Source of the DNA: Thraustochytrium aureum
Taxonomy: Eukaryota
DNA length: 64,000 nt
Direction: 5' to 3'
NCBI GenBank assembly: GCA_012862495.1
Contig: BLSG01000115.1
Location: 1 to 64,000, forward strand
The translations under genes were made by a program, and so were the position numbers. Numbering within the stretch: position 1 is the stretch's first letter; the number at the start of each line of letters is the position of its first letter. Shown here one piece after another: positions 59,301-64,000 of the stretch. The notes beneath the pieces are model-generated. The model searched no databases and was not told where the DNA came from. It worked only from the letters and a program-made list of their open reading frames with translations.

Positions 59301-60129
59301 AAAAACTCCCAAGAGCCGCCGCACCGCGAAACCTGCAAGGCGCGACGTCCAAGGGTCGTCAAATACCGCGTGCCAGCGGGCAACGCAGCAAAGAAATTCA
59401 GAAGCCGCGCACGAGGGGCGCGATCACAGCCCAAAATACTGGAGGGGCCAGTTCCAGCACGCCAGCAGTCGCTCCCCTACTGTATTCAGGCAAATCACGC
59501 AGAACGGGGGCTCTCAGCAACACCTGCACCTCGCGCGCCGATTCCCCGAAGGCCCAGGCCAGCCCGGCGACCGCGCGCATTGCGCCGGCCCAGCCAGGTG
59601 GAGCAGGCCAAGCGTCCCAACGGATCTACCGGATAGGTCACCTTCCAATAGGTGTGTTTTGGGGCTGCGCGCTCGTACGGGGCGCGGCGCTGCACCGCGG
59701 GAAAGCAGGCGCAGGCTGTGCGCGCCGGTGCAGGTAAGAGCGCACGCGAGAGGTTTTGGGGTGCCACTTGCAGCGGCAAGCGCAAGCGTTGAATTCCTCG
59801 CGATTCTTGTCGGGGTTGGCGCTCCTCCAAACTGAGACGCCAGCCGAACAGAGCATCTCAAGCAGCTATCGAGAAGCGCTGGCAGCAGACGGCAAGTGCC
59901 GGACGGGGTCACGCCAGCGGAGTCTGCGGCTCGGTTGCCTGCGCGACGCGCCAGACAGACCCGGCCTGGACGACGGAGCACGAGGTTTGGTTTGCCCTTG
60001 CCCAGCCAGAAAACAAGCCTACAGACGCAGAGCGCCACCGCCGAGGCGCCTGGCAAAGCGTGGCTGCACCTAGGGTTGCCAGCGGGACCGACGGGGGCGG
60101 CGAGGAGGAGCGGCTAAGAAGGCGCCGCG

Positions 60130-61005
60130 ATGCCGCAGGACACGTCGCTTCACAAGGCGGCCAATCAAGGGGATGTCGAGGCGTGCAGGGAGATTATCAC
60201 GTCTGGCGAGGTAGACGTCAATGCAGCAGGTAAGTGGGAGGATCGGGGGGCCCTCGCGCGCCCATGGCGGAGCGAACTTGTGGGCGATGCGATGCGAGGT
60301 CCGCATGCGGCTGACGAGCGCGCGTGCGCTGTGCAAAAACCAATGTTCTTTTATTTCGCAGGCGCCGCTGAACGTACCGCGCTACAACGCGCCGTAGGAG
60401 GCAACCACATGGACCTCGCCAAGCTCTTGATCGAGCTCGGCGCGGATGTTAACAAAAAGGACAAGGCTGGTCGCACCGCGCTTCACTGGGCAGCCGTGGC
60501 GGGGCACCACGAGCCGTGCGAGCTCCTAGTCCAGCATGGAATCGACATTAATGCAAAGACAACAAGTGGCATGACCGCGTTGCACAGCGTCACAGAGGGC
60601 CTTCGCCTCGAGTGTGCCACGGTGCTCATTGGCCACCACGAGAAGGTCGTGGCAGGGGAAAAGACAGGGGACAAGCTTGACTTTGCGGCCAAGGACGGCA
60701 ACGGCAAGACCGCCTTCGACTACGCCAAAGCGAAAAAGCACCCAGAGCTCTGCAAAATGATCAANNNNNNNNNNNNNNNNNNNNNNNNNNNNNNNNNNNN
60801 NNNNNNNNNNNNNNNNNNNNNNNNNNNNNNNNNNNNNNNNNNNNNNNNNNNNNNNNNNNNNNNNNNNNNNNNNNNNNNNNNNNNNNNNNNNNNNNNNNNN
60901 NNNNNNNNNNNNNNNNNNNNNNNNNNNNNNNNNNNNNNNNNNATCAAGGAAGAGCGCCTGCTCAAGCCGGGCGAGTCGACGGCCGGCGCTTGTATAATCT
61001 CCTGA
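60130..61005 (+). CDS. Ankyrin-repeat protein ending in a CaaX box (CIIS); intron 60230-60361
   Basis: TSLHKAA, RTALQRA, GRTALHWAA, GMTALH and GKTAFD repeats; GTAAGT...CGCAG intron; the gap flanks overlap (ATCAA). Confidence 0.88.
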   Translation: MPQDTSLHKAANQGDVEACREIITSGEVDVNAAGKWEDRGALARPWRSELVGDAMRGPHAADERACAVQKPMFFYFAGAAERTALQRAVGGNHMDLAKLLIELGADVNKKDKAGRTALHWAAVAGHHEPCELLVQHGIDINAKTTSGMTALHSVTEGLRLECATVLIGHHEKVVAGEKTGDKLDFAAKDGNGKTAFDYAKAKKHPELCKMIXXXXXXXXXXXXXXXXXXXXXXXXXXXXXXXXXXXXXXXXXXXXXXXXXXXXXXXXXXXXIKEERLLKPGESTAGACIIS

Positions 61006-61338
61006 GACCGCTGTTGCTAGGCCTTCTTGCGTCTCCGCCACTTTCGTTCTCCATAGTATAGAATACAAACAACAGCCCCAGTGTCGATTTGCTCGTTTGT
61101 GCTGGTCTTTTCAACCCGCAGTCATGCGGCGCGCAAGCCAATGCTGGGAAAATCTGGCCAAGTGCAGCGCCAGAGGCGACCTTGGGTCCGCGCAGCCGCC
61201 AACGTGGTCCTTGCGACCACCCACCCGCTCACTTCCTACTACTCCAGCCACCCCCCACCCCCACACGGTTGCGGTGGCCCGCGCCTTCCGGTTGCTGAGG
61301 CGACGCGCGAGCCAGCCCCCTTCCCGACCCGGCCTTGC

Positions 61339-62838
61339 CTAGCGCGCCACGCCACCTCGTTTCAGCTGCCGCGGTTCGATCGTTCGAGTGCGAAGCCTCC
61401 GCAAGCTCCATTCCAGGCTCAACATGGCCGCCGAGTCTGCATCCCGGAGGCGCTCAAGCGCCCAAGACTCCGCTTCATCCTCCTCTGTGGCCGCCTTCCT
61501 CCCTCGCACAGCGTCAGCAACCGTCCAGGCCTCGCGTGGAATCAGCCTCTCGCCGCCAGGGATGCAGACTGGACTGAACAGCTCGCTCGTCGCGCTCGCA
61601 GCTAGGCGTGCAGCGGCGCGCCCCAGAGGACAGACCAGCGCAGGAACGGCCGCCGTAGCGCCCTGCAAGGCGCCTTGCTCGCTGTTGCTTTCCTCGCCAG
61701 ACTCGGCCCAGTCACTTGCCTCCTGCAGCAAGTGTCCTGCGGTGCCCTTCGCAGGCCGTTGGCCTTCAGTTTCCGCGCTGAGCGCCGCCTGGCACTTGGC
61801 CGCGAGCTCGCCGCACCTCTTGTATACGAGGATCGCGCTCTGCTCGGCCGCCGTCGGGTCAGGATCGTGCGTCTGAGCGACGCACCCGAAGGATCCAGGC
61901 GTCGCAAAGAGGCCTTGCATGGGGCCGCAGGGGCGAGACAGCACAAGTGCTTGCGCTCTGGCCCGGCTGCGTCTTGTGGGTGCCGCCGGCACGCCTTGCC
62001 AGTTGACCCGTCAAAGGCCTGGCCGCACCTCGCACAGCGGAACAGCTGGTTGACGCCCCAAAACGCCCACAGGAGATGCTCCCACGCAAGCCGGTGGTCG
62101 CGCCGCGCAGGCACAATAAATGTGTCGACCAAGTCCCAACGCGCTTGCGGAACGTGCGCTCTGCGAAGCCTGCCCCGAAAGTCCACGGCCGGCTTGGCCG
62201 CGCCACACTGTAGAACGCTCTCCCACTTCCGGTTGTACATCCGCCGGCACAATTGGCAGCTGGCCAGGCTGCCGTCTATGTGCTCCAAAAGCTCCTCTAG
62301 CTTGGCTCTGCAAAGGCGTCCCAGAATCTTATCTGAAGGGTCCACGACGTCGGCCAGCGCCTCGGGTGACAGGCCATCCGCTATGAGGCGCAGTAGGTCG
62401 TCCTCAATGCAGGCCAGATCGATGGGGAGCGACACGATCTCGTTCAGGCGGGACCCGACGAACTGCGCGGCTTGGGGGACCAGGTGCCGCATGCCCAAAA
62501 AGTTGGACGCGATCAGTACGGAGACGGCAGACCGCGGCTTGAGGTCTGGCTTTCGGTCTGGCTCGCGGACGTACATCATGAGCATGTCGAAGATGTGCAC
62601 GTCGCAGTGCACTGAGATGTCCACCTTGTGCAGGTCCTCGAGGTAGCTCGCAAAGTACGACATGTGCTGCACGAGCACGTCCTTGGCGCAGGAAAAGTCG
62701 CGCGTGATCCCGCGCAGCTCGTCACGGACGTGAATCACAATCTGCTTGCTTCGCCGTGCGGAGCCGGCGACCGGCGACCGCGCAGGCGACTTTGGGTTCT
62801 TCGCTTTCACGGCGCCCGGTCGCAACTGGCTGGCCATC
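61339..62838 (-). CDS. SANBR: SANT-and-BTB domain protein (KIAA1841/SANBR, DUF3342-like); frameshift near 61925
   Basis: IVIHVRDELRGITRDFSCAKDVLVQHMSYF...DISVHCDVHIFDMLMMYV and VSVLIASNFLGM, followed by Cys-rich segments. Start and end are approximate. Confidence 0.8.
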
Positions 62839-63579
62839 GATGCCGCGGGCTGCCTGCTAGCGTCTTTCAAGGTGTTGCTCAGAGGCGATGCCGACTGCTC
62901 GGGCAGGGGCGTTCTCGCGGTGGCGGCCTGGTTGGCGTTGGTGTCGTCGCCGCGTTCACTTTGGGCTTGCTGGCCGCCAGCGGCCTCGGCTCGGGCTCGC
63001 TGCGCTTCGCGAAGCCTCCGGCGCGGCTCGCTCTCCGCCCACTGTTGCTGCTCGTTCTGGCGTGGTGGCCTGGAGGTCGTTGACCCAGAGAGCCATTGCC
63101 GTTGCTGGAGGATGGTGCCTGCTCGCACCACTTCACCACCGCGTATTGGCATTCCCCGCCGTGATGGCGCCGCTCGCAGCCGCCGTCGCGCGTGGCAGGC
63201 AGCGCGCCCGCCGGCGCTGCAGCTCCAGCGTCTGCGTTGCCTGGGACAGTTGCTCTGTTGTTGCAAGTGAGTAGTACTCAGTACCGGTGGTGGCAACAAT
63301 TTCTCTATGCCGCTCGTCGATCAATCGAACTTGGAAAAAAGCCTCCCGCGGCCCGCGAACCAGGCCAGGAGGCGAGCCCGCAGCTCTCACCGAGGCGCGC
63401 GGTGGGCGGTCCGCGTCGGAGCAAGGGCGCGGGAAACCCACGTTCGAGAGCTGAAAATGAGACATTTTTCCGTTTAGGGTCTTGCGAGAGACGGCCCAAG
63501 GCCGCCAGCACACTGACCGTCAGCCAGGCGCGTCTAGCTGGCAACGCAGCCGAGCTCTGCCCAAAGCAGCGCAGAAGAN

Positions 63580-63839
63580 NNNNNNNNNNNNNNNNNNNCT
63601 CGACCATGATCGGCGGCTCCTCGAAGCAATGGAGGGGCGGGGGGCTCGGACACGATCCACTCGAGCGTGAACGCGACGTTGTCGACCACAATGGCGCCGT
63701 CCTTGGTGTACTCCACCGGAGGCTGCACCCAGCCCTCGCCGCTAAAGCCGCGCACCTGCGAGGCAAGGCGGCTCTGGGCCATCACCTGCGTCTTGACCCC
63801 AACGGCCGACCGCCGCGCCACAGTCGCCAGAAACGACAT
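63580..63839 (-). CDS. cox1-c: Nucleus-encoded C-terminal fragment of cytochrome c oxidase subunit 1 (Cox1-c) with mitochondrial presequence
   Basis: Presequence MSFLATVARRSAVG...VRGFS; with one indel it reads TLEWIVPSPPPLHCFEEPPI, matching the conserved Cox1 C-terminal (T/S)LEW...PP..HxFEE motif. The stop is near or in the small gap. Confidence 0.75.
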
Positions 63840-63872
63840 CCTTCCCACGACCACGTCTACCAGCACCAGCGC

Positions 63873-63950
63873 CGTCCGTCCGTCAGTCAGTCAGTCAGTC
63901 TCGCTCGCTCGCTCGCACGCACGCAACCCACCCACCAACCAGCCATCCAA
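63873..63950. repeat. Compound, gradually morphing tetranucleotide microsatellite (GTCC>GTCA>CGCT>CGCA>ACCC/AACC) upstream of cox1-c
   Basis: Read directly from the sequence. Confidence 0.8.
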
Positions 63951-64000
63951 ACACGGAGACACACACGCACGGACGCACGCACAGCCTCGCGCGAAAGCAA

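Overview
GC-rich, gene-dense eukaryotic nuclear DNA from a protist, with few and short GT-AG introns. A stramenopile, possibly a labyrinthulomycete, is my inference from gene content and is not proven. The assembly is a draft: there are many N-gaps (several spurious, with overlapping flanks) and frequent single-base indels that split even essential genes such as ValRS. About 25 protein genes can be recognised: type II PI4-kinase, WLM/Wss1 protease with RanBP2 zinc fingers, cytochrome-b5/acyl-CoA dehydrogenase fusion with PTS1, cNMP-binding protein, GT34 glycosyltransferase, ASCH protein, guanine deaminase, a large Pro-rich protein, a multi-TM class-3 lipase, a WW protein, a tandem purple acid phosphatase, a RavA-like MoxR ATPase-VWA fusion, a RING-H2 E3, a PAP2 phosphatase, a 68-aa spliced membrane microprotein, WHEP-ValRS, ETFBKMT, an ankyrin-CaaX protein, SANBR/KIAA1841 and a nucleus-encoded Cox1 C-terminal fragment. 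The most interesting items: (1) two paralogues about 27 kb apart that share a ~120-aa domain I cannot assign to any named family, one fused to a PAS-like domain (candidate new sensor/transcription-factor family); (2) a receptor-like protein joining a bacterial TtrS/PhnD-type ligand-binding domain, Cys-rich and filamin-like segments and ~5 TM helices; (3) a single-chain RavA-ViaA-like AAA+/VWA fusion with a probable mitochondrial presequence; (4) a strong bias to AAG 3' splice sites. No rRNA, CRISPR array or clear mobile element was seen.
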